From Verrucomicrobiota bacterium (GTDB lineage Bacteria; Verrucomicrobiota; Verrucomicrobiia; Limisphaerales; SIBE01): 64,000 nt of DNA. The translations under genes and the position numbers were made by a program. Below, piece by piece: positions 1-8,282 of this stretch (within the stretch, counting starts at the first letter, position 1; each line of letters starts with the position of its first letter). The notes below the pieces were generated by a model. That model saw only the letters and a program-made list of their open reading frames with translations. It ran no database searches and was not told the DNA's origin. The stretch is from assembly GCA_046346765.1 (NCBI GenBank), contig JAXMHN010000006.1, positions 88,799 to 152,798 on the forward strand, given 5' to 3'.

Positions 1-1
1 G

Positions 2-2293
2 CTCACCGAGAAGACGTTTTGGTTTCCGGAACTCGATCTGTTTGTTTCGGCGGGCGACCCATCGATGGACTTCGAGGTGAATCAGGAGCGGCTGCGTGGC
101 AGCGCTGGCCGCCGCGTCCTTGACCGCGTGCGAGAAGGAGCCGAAGCGACCTATGCCGAATTTACCAACCGGTGGGAGGACATGGGCAGCCCCCACTACC
201 ACAATCCGCGCTCGGTGGCGCCGGGCCATATCGTCGGACTGACCTGGGACAGCTCCATCTATAAGTTCGGGGCGGATCGGTGGGGGGAGGTTCGGAATGA
301 TTACGGAAAGGAAGATGTCTTTCACTTTCGTTTCGCCATTCCCGACCCGCAGGCATCCTGGCGACACCAACGTCTGGTCGACGGCTTGCCCGTCATGATC
401 ACCACCTTCGAGCGCGACGGCGTCGAATATGAAATCGAACAATTTGCCTTCCCGCTGCTTGGTCTCCCGACGGAACGTCGTGGCGACGTGCCAATGGTCT
501 TGCTTCAGAAGCTGACCTTGTCCGAACTGCAGGGTAAAGGGCGGGATCTTTCGATTGGAGTGGAACTGACCCGACCCGGTTTCGGCGACGCGATCCTCCA
601 GGAGGAAGACGGCGTCTTTGCCTGGGAGACTTCGGCGGGCACCGCCCTGACCCTGCGCGGAACCGATTGGCGTGTGACTTTGGCCCCGGGCGCGGGCGAC
701 AAAAAATTGGCTATGGCGGCGGTGACGTTGCCAGCGAATGGACGGCGGGAGCTGACAGTGGGCCTGCCATCGCCGCTGGTTCCGCCGGACCGGCGTCCGC
801 ACTTGCTCGCGTTGGAGTATGGGGCTAGTCGAGCTGCCACGATCCGGTTCTGGGAAGATTATCTGGCGGCGGGCGCTTTCTTTCAGGTGCCCGAAGAAGC
901 GGTCAACACATTGTTCCGGGCTAACCTGTGGCATGCGCTGCGGCTGCCGCGGCGGCACGGCGTGGCGGGAGACGGATTGAAGATTGATTTGCCCTACTCG
1001 AATTTCGCTTATGACCAGCACGGCACGCCGTGGCCGGTGAACGAGGCGGTTTATGTGGATTACATGCTCTACGATTTGCGCGGCTACCACCGCCTGTCGG
1101 CGGAAGAATTGGAGACGATGTATCGGAACAATCAGGAGGCGAACGGACACGTCGGCGGCTTCGCCAACTGGGGCGTTTACACACCTTCGATGCTTTATTC
1201 CGTCGCGCAGCATTACTTGCTGTCAGCGGACCGCAACTCGTTCGACCGATTGCTTCCCTTCACCTTGCGCGCTGTGGATTGGTGCTTGAGCGAACTCCAC
1301 GCGACTGGCGACCGGGAAAAGGCCGCACCGGGCTTGATGCTGGCGCCGTTGAACGACCTGACGCATGAGCCGCGCGCCTGGGCTTTCAACCAGGCCTACT
1401 TCGTGGGCGGCCTTGCCTTGCTCGGGCAGGCCCTCGCTCTGGTGGGGCATCCCCGTGCCGCTGAATGCCAGCAAGCGGCCCAACGCCTCCGGGAAGCGGT
1501 CGAGCGCGAGTTTGCCCGGGCGAGTGTGCGATCGCCGGCGGTGGCCTTGGCTGATGGGTCGTGGTCCGTCTACGTGCCGACGGATGCGCAGGCTTCGGGT
1601 CGGTTGTTGGAGACGTGGTACCCTACAGATGTGGACGTGGGTCCCCTTCATCTGCCGCGTTTGAAGGCGGTCGATCCGCGTGGCTGGTTGACAACCGCCA
1701 TGCTCCACGATCACGAAGACAATTTGCTCCTGCGGCAGTGGGGGGCCATCAACGAACCGGTGTATAACCCGCAAGGAACGGTTTACCTGTGGCGCGATGA
1801 ACCGAAAGCGGCGATCCGGACGTTCTACAGCACGATGGCCTGCGCCTTCAGCCATTCAGTCTTCGAACCGGTAGAACATCGGTGGGGTTGGGGACAGTAC
1901 TTTGGGCCGCCAAGCACCGACGGCGCCTGGTTCGAACTCTATCGCCAAATGCTCATTCGCGAGCAGGAGGACGATTCGTTGTTGCTCGGCCAGGCTTCGC
2001 CAAGAGCCTGGTTGGAGGACGGCAAGCGAATCGAAGTGCGTCGGGCCCCGACTTATTTCGGGCCGGTCAGTTTGACGATCGAAGGCGGCACTCAGCGGAT
2101 CACTGCTACGGTTGACCTGTCGGACCGCAAACGGCCGAAGGCTTTGCTGTTTCGTTTGCGCCATCCGGCCCGTGCCGCCATTCAATCGGTAACAGTCAAC
2201 GGAGAACGTTGGACCGACTTTGATGTCGACAAAGAATGGGTTCGGATTGCCGCGCCGACCGGCTCGCGCTACGCGATTGTCGCTCGATATTGA
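2..2293 (+). CDS. large hypothetical protein, 5' end probably outside the window (fold unassigned, possibly glycosidase-like)
   Basis: The track gives a 742-aa ORF at 65..2293. The same frame stays open back to nt 2, so the true start is probably upstream of the window. Amino-acid composition is balanced, unlike the Arg/Pro-rich antisense shadow ORFs. Confidence 0.55.
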   Translation, partial: LTEKTFWFPELDLFVSAGDPSMDFEVNQERLRGSAGRRVLDRVREGAEATYAEFTNRWEDMGSPHYHNPRSVAPGHIVGLTWDSSIYKFGADRWGEVRNDYGKEDVFHFRFAIPDPQASWRHQRLVDGLPVMITTFERDGVEYEIEQFAFPLLGLPTERRGDVPMVLLQKLTLSELQGKGRDLSIGVELTRPGFGDAILQEEDGVFAWETSAGTALTLRGTDWRVTLAPGAGDKKLAMAAVTLPANGRRELTVGLPSPLVPPDRRPHLLALEYGASRAATIRFWEDYLAAGAFFQVPEEAVNTLFRANLWHALRLPRRHGVAGDGLKIDLPYSNFAYDQHGTPWPVNEAVYVDYMLYDLRGYHRLSAEELETMYRNNQEANGHVGGFANWGVYTPSMLYSVAQHYLLSADRNSFDRLLPFTLRAVDWCLSELHATGDREKAAPGLMLAPLNDLTHEPRAWAFNQAYFVGGLALLGQALALVGHPRAAECQQAAQRLREAVEREFARASVRSPAVALADGSWSVYVPTDAQASGRLLETWYPTDVDVGPLHLPRLKAVDPRGWLTTAMLHDHEDNLLLRQWGAINEPVYNPQGTVYLWRDEPKAAIRTFYSTMACAFSHSVFEPVEHRWGWGQYFGPPSTDGAWFELYRQMLIREQEDDSLLLGQASPRAWLEDGKRIEVRRAPTYFGPVSLTIEGGTQRITATVDLSDRKRPKALLFRLRHPARAAIQSVTVNGERWTDFDVDKEWVRIAAPTGSRYAIVARY

Positions 2294-2296
2294 AGT

Positions 2297-3094
2297 ATGA
2301 AATGCGCTGGCTGGATGAGAGTGAGAGACGGTGGCCCGGTCGCCTTGCTCCCGAATCGGCCGTCGCGGCGGCGCGGCTTCACTTTGATCGAGTTGCTGGT
2401 CGTGATTGCGATTATCGCGATTTTGGCCGGGATGCTCTTGCCGGCGTTGGCCAAAGCGAAGGAGAAGGCGCAACGGGCCAAGTGCGTCTCCAATCTGCGG
2501 CAGCAAGCTCTGGCGTGTGTGATGTATTTGGACGACAACAAGGACAGGTTTCCGAGCCACAATGGAGGCATCGACTACACCTACTATTCCTGGGGGGGCA
2601 AAGTTGGATTGGAAGGGCAGGTGACCGGCAATCAATTCCGGATGCTCAATCCTTACATCGTGAAATCGACCGCCGTCACCACCAACGAGGCCGGGGCGGC
2701 GCTGACTTTTTTGTGCCCGTCCGATAACGGCGCGCGCAAAGCCAGTTGGCCGAAAGACCTGAAGCCGACCGTGTTTGACCAGGACGGGAGCAGCTATTTC
2801 TATAACTGCAGCGCGAACAACAACGATGGAGTCAAAGGGCTCTACGATAAGAAGACCTCGGACGTTAAGAATCCGGCCAAAACAGTGCTGGCCAATGATT
2901 TCGCTTTCAATTGCTACTTCGAATACGCCACCCGCCGGCGCGTGTTCCAATATATGTATTGGCACGATAGGAAGCGACTTGGAGCCGGCAACATCCTGTT
3001 TGTCGACTCTCATATCGGGTACAACCTCGCCACCACTGACAAGCCCGACTTCCAACGCGGTCCGTCCTGGACCTTCATCTACAACGATGAGTAG
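2297..3094 (+). CDS. prepilin-type N-terminal cleavage/methylation domain protein (DUF1559 / H-X9-DG pseudopilin-like)
   Basis: N-terminus [45 protein letters not shown] is the type IV/T2SS pseudopilin leader plus hydrophobic helix. C-terminal [12 protein letters not shown] resembles the family's conserved end. ATG start at 2297. Confidence 0.85.
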   Translation: MKCAGWMRVRDGGPVALLPNRPSRRRGFTLIELLVVIAIIAILAGMLLPALAKAKEKAQRAKCVSNLRQQALACVMYLDDNKDRFPSHNGGIDYTYYSWGGKVGLEGQVTGNQFRMLNPYIVKSTAVTTNEAGAALTFLCPSDNGARKASWPKDLKPTVFDQDGSSYFYNCSANNNDGVKGLYDKKTSDVKNPAKTVLANDFAFNCYFEYATRRRVFQYMYWHDRKRLGAGNILFVDSHIGYNLATTDKPDFQRGPSWTFIYNDE

Positions 3095-3119
3095 ACTCGC
3101 GTGAACTCCTCCAATCCAG

Positions 3120-5201
3120 ATGAACGCCGTTTCTGTTGTGCTTACTTTGGCTGTGCTGGGGAAATTGTCGCTGTCTGCCGGGGACGCGGAAACCGCTCGC
3201 TTGGCTGACGAGGTGCGGCCCCGTGGCTGGATTGCCTTTGCCGCTCGCTCCAACGCCGGCGATTGGGATCTCTTTTTGATGCGACCGGACGGATCGGAGC
3301 GACGGCCGCTGACCGAGACGCCGGCATGGAACGAGGGCGCTCCTCAATTCTCCCGGGATGGGAAGCGGTTGCTCTATCGCCGGCTCAAGCGGGTTGAGAC
3401 CATCGAAGGGAATCGCTATGGGGAGCAAGGGGCGCTGGTTCTGGCTAACAGCGACGGCTCGGCCGCGCGCGTCATTGCTGAGGAAGGCAAACTTCCCTGG
3501 GCAAGCTGGAGTCCAGACGGGCGAGAGCTGGCGATCCTGGAGCTGAAGGGCATCTCCTTCATCGATGCTGAGACCGGTCAGGTCCGCCGATCTCTCCCGC
3601 GACGCGGCTTCTTTCAACAGCTGACTTGGTCGCCGGACGGGAAGTGGCTGGTTGGGGTGGCTAACTCGTTTGGGACTGGCTGGAGCGTGGCCCGCATGCT
3701 GGTGCAGTCAGGCGAAGCGAGCGCGGTGAATACGGTGGATTGCTGCACGCCAGACTGGTTCCCCGACACAGGCGCGGTCATCTTCTCGTGGCGGCCTCCC
3801 GGGCAAAGGGCCAATCGCGGCAATGGCTGGACCCAGCTTTGGCGAGCTGATGCAGAGGGAAAAAGCCGGCAACTAGTCTACGGCGAAGATGGCCGGCACA
3901 TTTATGGTGGGCATGTCTCGCCGGATGGCCACTACGCCATCTTTTCGGGCAACCCCCAGGAAGACGGCGACCCCCAGCATGCCGGCGCGCCCATGGGCCT
4001 GGTTCGCCTTCGCGACGCTCCCATCATCACGGGCGCGAGCGCGGAACTGCGTGCGGTGCACCCCGATGCCAGAAGCGGGCCGGTTCTGATTTTGCCGACC
4101 GGTTGGGAGCCGTGCTGGACATTGAGCGAAGCACCGGTCAAGGCGGCCATACGCACGACGGCGCTTTCATCCGACCCAAACCTGGTCGCCGAGGCTAAGC
4201 CGACGGCAGCTGCTCCTCAGGCCGACCTCGATCAACCCGGCCGCTCCGAACTGGCCGCCGAACTTCGGGGCCGGGGTTGGGTCGTCTTTAGCGCCCAAAC
4301 CGCCGCTGGGGACTGGGACCTTTTCCTGACACGCCCGGACGGGTCGGAGCGGCATTCCATCACGAGGACGCGAGAGTCTAATGAAGCGGGCGCCCGCTTC
4401 TCCCCCGATGGCAAGCGGTTGCTTTATTATCGAATGCCGGCGCGGGAGGCGGTGGACAACAACACCTACGGAACGTTTGAGCTGATATTGGCTGATGCCG
4501 ATGGCCGGAACGCCGCCAGCTTCGGGCGCGACTTTCCCTGGGCTTCCTGGAGTCCGGACGGGCGGAAGATTGCCTGTCTCGTTCCGGGCGGCATTCGAAT
4601 CGTGGATGTGGGGAATCGGCAGGTGATGCGAACCGTTGCCCGCCAAGGCATCGTCCAGCAACTGGTTTGGTCGCCGGACGGCAAAGCCTTTACCGGAACC
4701 GCCAACGGATTGGGACCTTTTTGGAATATCGGCTGTCTGGCGGATGCCGGCGGCAAGATGAGCGCCGTAAGCGAAACCGAACGGTATAACTGCACTCCCG
4801 ACTGGTGTCCGGACAGCCGCCGGATTGTTTATGCTCGCGGCATCATCCCGAAGCAGGACGGCCGGGCCGAGTTGTGGGTGGGCAATGCGGCCGGGACCGA
4901 GCAACAGTTTCTTTATGGCGAGGAGCACCGGCACATTTACGGCGGCTGCCCTTCGCCCGATTCGAAGTACCTGCTCTTCACGCGGAGCGTCGAGGATCTC
5001 GGCGCCGTCGGCCGGTCGCAGACGACGATGGCCATTATCCGGTGGGCTGATACGCCCATGAATGGCGATGACAGCGCCGCGCTCCGAACCCGCTTTCCCA
5101 TGGCCAAACGCGGTCCGCGCCTTGACCTTGGCCCGGGCTGGGAGCCGCACTGGACCTATAGCGAAACCGCCGGGGCGCGTGGCGCAAGCGAAGGAAAATG
5201 A
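3120..5201 (+). CDS. secreted TolB-like (PD40/WD40-like) beta-propeller protein with two paralogous halves
   Basis: Signal-peptide-like N-terminus. PD40-type motifs occur twice: GDWDLFLMRPDGSERRPLTETPAWNEGAPQFSRDGKRLLYRR and GDWDLFLTRPDGSERHSITRTRESNEAGARFSPDGKRLLYYR. SWSPDG repeats are present. Confidence 0.8.
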   Translation: MNAVSVVLTLAVLGKLSLSAGDAETARLADEVRPRGWIAFAARSNAGDWDLFLMRPDGSERRPLTETPAWNEGAPQFSRDGKRLLYRRLKRVETIEGNRYGEQGALVLANSDGSAARVIAEEGKLPWASWSPDGRELAILELKGISFIDAETGQVRRSLPRRGFFQQLTWSPDGKWLVGVANSFGTGWSVARMLVQSGEASAVNTVDCCTPDWFPDTGAVIFSWRPPGQRANRGNGWTQLWRADAEGKSRQLVYGEDGRHIYGGHVSPDGHYAIFSGNPQEDGDPQHAGAPMGLVRLRDAPIITGASAELRAVHPDARSGPVLILPTGWEPCWTLSEAPVKAAIRTTALSSDPNLVAEAKPTAAAPQADLDQPGRSELAAELRGRGWVVFSAQTAAGDWDLFLTRPDGSERHSITRTRESNEAGARFSPDGKRLLYYRMPAREAVDNNTYGTFELILADADGRNAASFGRDFPWASWSPDGRKIACLVPGGIRIVDVGNRQVMRTVARQGIVQQLVWSPDGKAFTGTANGLGPFWNIGCLADAGGKMSAVSETERYNCTPDWCPDSRRIVYARGIIPKQDGRAELWVGNAAGTEQQFLYGEEHRHIYGGCPSPDSKYLLFTRSVEDLGAVGRSQTTMAIIRWADTPMNGDDSAALRTRFPMAKRGPRLDLGPGWEPHWTYSETAGARGASEGK

Positions 5202-5687
5202 ATATGGACTCGCCGCGAACATGGTTGGGGTGCGGGATGCTGCTGGCGCTGGTCGTAGGCTGGACGGCGTGCGGGAAATCACCGGCTCCCCCGTCATCGG
5301 GAATTTCACAGGCTCAATCCCGCGGCTCGATTGAAGTGGTGGCGAGGCTGGTTGAAATTCCGGAGGGGGCGATCTTCCAACGCGATCTCTACGACTATGC
5401 CACGGTGCTAGGTATGAAGTTGTCGCGGTGATGCGTGGGCCCTTGGCGAAGGGCACCACGATCTATGTTGGTCAGTACAATCCTGGAAGCCGCGCGCCGA
5501 AGCCGCGGACAATCGAGGAATCAAGAACATCGGCGGAACTTTGCGCCAATTCCGCGCCGGCGAGAAGCACCACTTGGCGTTGGAGCCGTCCATGGAAGAC
5601 CAATTCATGGGCGGAGTCGTCGACAAGTATAACGGCCAGCATTCAGGCCCGACGTATTGGGCTGTTTGGACGGAAGCGGGCGAGTAG
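5198..5687 (+). pseudogene. small lipoprotein-like gene upstream of MBOAT, with reading frame broken twice (or consensus errors)
   Basis: ORF 5198..5431 has a lipobox-like LVVGWTAC. Protein-like sequence continues in a second frame (RYEVVAVMRGPLAKGTTIYVGQYNPG, from about 5410). It continues in a third frame (AEAADNRGIKNIGGTLRQFRAGEKHHLALEPSMEDQFMGGVVDKYNGQHSGPTYWAVWTEAGE, stop at 5685-5687). The alternative frames are Arg/Ser/Pro junk. Confidence 0.45.
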
Positions 5688-7090
5688 GGCGCCATGGTTT
5701 TTTCACTTCTTATATTTTCGTGTTCTACTTTCTGCCGCTGGTCCTGGCGGGCTACTACGCGCTGCCAGTTCGTTCTTCGGCGCGGAATGGATGGTTGCTC
5801 CTGACGAGCTACCTCTTTTATGGTTGGTGGAATCCTTGGTTCGTCCTGTTGATGCTGGCGATTACGGTCGTGAACTACGTCTGCGGCCGACTCATCGCCC
5901 GGCCTGGAGCCAGTCCGCGCGCGCGGCGCCGAAGCCTGACAGTCGCGGTGGTGGCGAGCCTTGGCCTGCTTGGTTACTTCAAATACTTCGGGTTTCTCCA
6001 GGCCAACGGCAACGCGGTAATCGCCTGGTTTGGAGGACGGCCACTGCCGGTCTGGGAGGTGATTCTCCCTATTGGCATATCCTTCTACACGTTTCACGCC
6101 CTCAGTTACGCGGTGGATGTGTTTCGCGGGACGGCGCCGGTGGCGCGTTCTTTCAACGACTTCGCCTGCTACATCGCCTTGTTCCCGCAATCGATTGCCG
6201 GCCCGATTATTCGCTACAATACGGTGGCGCATGACCTGCGGGAACGGCATCACTCGATGGGCAGGTTTGGTTCCGGGGTGGCCTTGTTTGTCCTGGGGTT
6301 CAGCAAGAAGACCCTGCTGGCCAACCCGATCGGCACGGTGGCGGACGTGGCCTTCAACGCTCAATCGCTGGACGCGGCCGCCGCCTGGTTTGGGGTCCTG
6401 GCTTACGCCCTTCAGATTTATTTCGACTTCTGTGGCTACTCCGACATGGCGGTCGGGCTCGAGTTCATGAAGAACTTCGATGATCCTTACCACGCCGAAA
6501 GCATCACGGATTTTTGGCGCCGGTGGCACATCTCCCTCAGCACCTTCCTGCGTGACTATCTGTATATTCCACTCGGTGGAAATCGGTTTGGGACGCGGCG
6601 GACCTACCTCAATCTCGCCACGGTTATGCTCCTGGGCGGGCTGTGGCACGGCGCCAATTGGACGTTCGTCATTTGGGGCGCTTACCATGGAACCTGGCTG
6701 ATTCTGGAGCGCTGGGCGGGGCGGCGCCCGGCCTATGAGCGATTGCCTCGGCCAGTCCGGGTTGGATTGACCTTTGTGCTCGTGCTCGGGTCATGGGTCT
6801 GGTTCCGGGCTGCGTCCCTGCCGGAAGCCCTGGGCTACTTTCAAGCAATGCTGGGCGTATCCACCGGGTCTGCTGAGACGGCCGGTTTGCTCGCCGCGCA
6901 ACTTTACGCACCAGCAAAACTGCTGGTTATGGCTATTGCCATCCTGCTCCTCCTCATGCCCCAGCAGGCACACGAATGGAGCAGTTCGCTGACCTGGAGG
7001 AAGGTCTTGATTCTGCCGCCGGCATTTGCGACCGGGCTCCTGGCCATGTTTTCGCAAGCTTCCAATCCGTTCCTTTACTTTCAATTCTGA
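5657..7090 (+). CDS. MBOAT-family membrane O-acyltransferase (AlgI/DltB/PatA-like)
   Basis: Polytopic hydrophobic protein with the family signature FWRRWHISLSTFLRDYLYIPLGGNR (catalytic His). The N-terminus FFTSYIFVFYFLPLVL is typical. The start is ambiguous: TTG at 5657, or ATG at 5694 if the T6 run at 5698-5703 is really T7. Confidence 0.9.
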   Translation: MGCLDGSGRVGRHGFFTSYIFVFYFLPLVLAGYYALPVRSSARNGWLLLTSYLFYGWWNPWFVLLMLAITVVNYVCGRLIARPGASPRARRRSLTVAVVASLGLLGYFKYFGFLQANGNAVIAWFGGRPLPVWEVILPIGISFYTFHALSYAVDVFRGTAPVARSFNDFACYIALFPQSIAGPIIRYNTVAHDLRERHHSMGRFGSGVALFVLGFSKKTLLANPIGTVADVAFNAQSLDAAAAWFGVLAYALQIYFDFCGYSDMAVGLEFMKNFDDPYHAESITDFWRRWHISLSTFLRDYLYIPLGGNRFGTRRTYLNLATVMLLGGLWHGANWTFVIWGAYHGTWLILERWAGRRPAYERLPRPVRVGLTFVLVLGSWVWFRAASLPEALGYFQAMLGVSTGSAETAGLLAAQLYAPAKLLVMAIAILLLLMPQQAHEWSSSLTWRKVLILPPAFATGLLAMFSQASNPFLYFQF

Positions 7091-8271
7091 TGCAGCGGAT
7101 AACGCCATCACAGCTCTTGATCGTGATTTTCCTGACGATGCTGCTGATCCCGGCATCGCGGCAGACGATCCGGGAAGCCCGTCAAGGGGGGGTGCCTCGC
7201 GTCTTTGAAGTATTTCGGCAACGGCCGACGCCCCAGAATCTCCGGGCGTTTGAGAAGGCATTGCAGGATGAGAGCGTGACCGCGGGCGAGTTGCGTCCAT
7301 GGGTGCAGGCGGCCCAATTGCTTCTCTTGCGCGATGCCGGCGAAAAGGCCTTAGTGGGACGCGACGGCTGGCTCTTCTACCAGCCGGGCGTGAGTTTCCT
7401 CACCCAGCGGCCGAGTCGGCAGGATGCGACGGTGGCGCAAGCTCTATCCGCTGTGAATCAATTCCGTGACCTGCTGGCCGCGCGAGGCATCCGGCTCTTG
7501 CTGCTGCCGGTCCCAAACAAAGAGAGCATTTACCCGGAGAAGCTTAGTTCGGTCGCCAGGACCGGAGCACCGATCATCGGACGAGATACACGCCAGTTTT
7601 TGTCCGGCTGCCAGGCAGCCCGGATCGAGTATATCGATCTGTTCGACCTGTTCGATCGCGGGCGCCGGTTATCGACCGTGCCTCTTTACCTCGTCCAAGA
7701 TAGTCATTGGTCACCGGCCGGATTGCTGCTGGCGGCGGCGGCCGTTGCGGAACGCGTCAATGCGCTTAGTCCCAACGCCGGGGGAGAGGGCGAAACAACA
7801 GCCGCGTCGGCCGGATTTGACCGTCGGCCGACGCCAGTCCAGCGGTTCGGCGACCTCGTGCGAATGCTGCGATCTCCTCCGCTAGAGCGGCGGCTGCCCG
7901 CGGAACGGTCCCTTTGCTCAAAGGTCTTTCATCATGGAACGGAGCGCGCCTATGCTGATATGCCGGAGGCCGACGTCGTGGTCATCGGCGACAGTTTCCT
8001 GCGGATTTACGAACGAGATGAGCCGGGGAGCGCCGGGTTCATTGCCCATTTGGCGGCAGCCCTTGGGCGGCCGGTCGCCAGCATCGTCAATGACGGCGGG
8101 GCGTCGACTCTCGTCCGCCAGGATTTGGCGCGCCGCGCTCACTTGCTCAACCGCGCCAAAGTGGTGGTGTGGGAGTTCACCGAACGCGATCTCCGCTTGG
8201 GCACCGAGGGTTGGCAATCGGTGACGTTGCCCCCGGTGAGGCGCGAGCGGGCCAGCATTTCATCGCTTTGA
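7090..8271 (+). CDS. AlgJ/AlgX-like SGNH-type polysaccharide O-acetyltransferase partner
   Basis: ATG at 7090 overlaps the MBOAT stop (TGATG). It has an N-terminal TM anchor (LLIVIFLTMLLIPAS), a DSHW motif (YLVQDSHWSPAGL) and a GDS motif (VVVIGDSFLRIY). The longer track ORF from 6976 overlaps the MBOAT gene and was rejected. Confidence 0.75.
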   Translation: MQRITPSQLLIVIFLTMLLIPASRQTIREARQGGVPRVFEVFRQRPTPQNLRAFEKALQDESVTAGELRPWVQAAQLLLLRDAGEKALVGRDGWLFYQPGVSFLTQRPSRQDATVAQALSAVNQFRDLLAARGIRLLLLPVPNKESIYPEKLSSVARTGAPIIGRDTRQFLSGCQAARIEYIDLFDLFDRGRRLSTVPLYLVQDSHWSPAGLLLAAAAVAERVNALSPNAGGEGETTAASAGFDRRPTPVQRFGDLVRMLRSPPLERRLPAERSLCSKVFHHGTERAYADMPEADVVVIGDSFLRIYERDEPGSAGFIAHLAAALGRPVASIVNDGGASTLVRQDLARRAHLLNRAKVVVWEFTERDLRLGTEGWQSVTLPPVRRERASISSL

Positions 8272-8282
8272 CGACTTAACCT

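Noticed and set aside
1856-3253. 465-aa minus-strand ORF overlapping two plus-strand genes.
   Set aside because: It is antisense to well-supported genes (motif-bearing pseudopilin and upstream ORF). Its composition is Arg/Pro/Gly/Ala-rich with no motifs. This is a typical high-GC shadow ORF.
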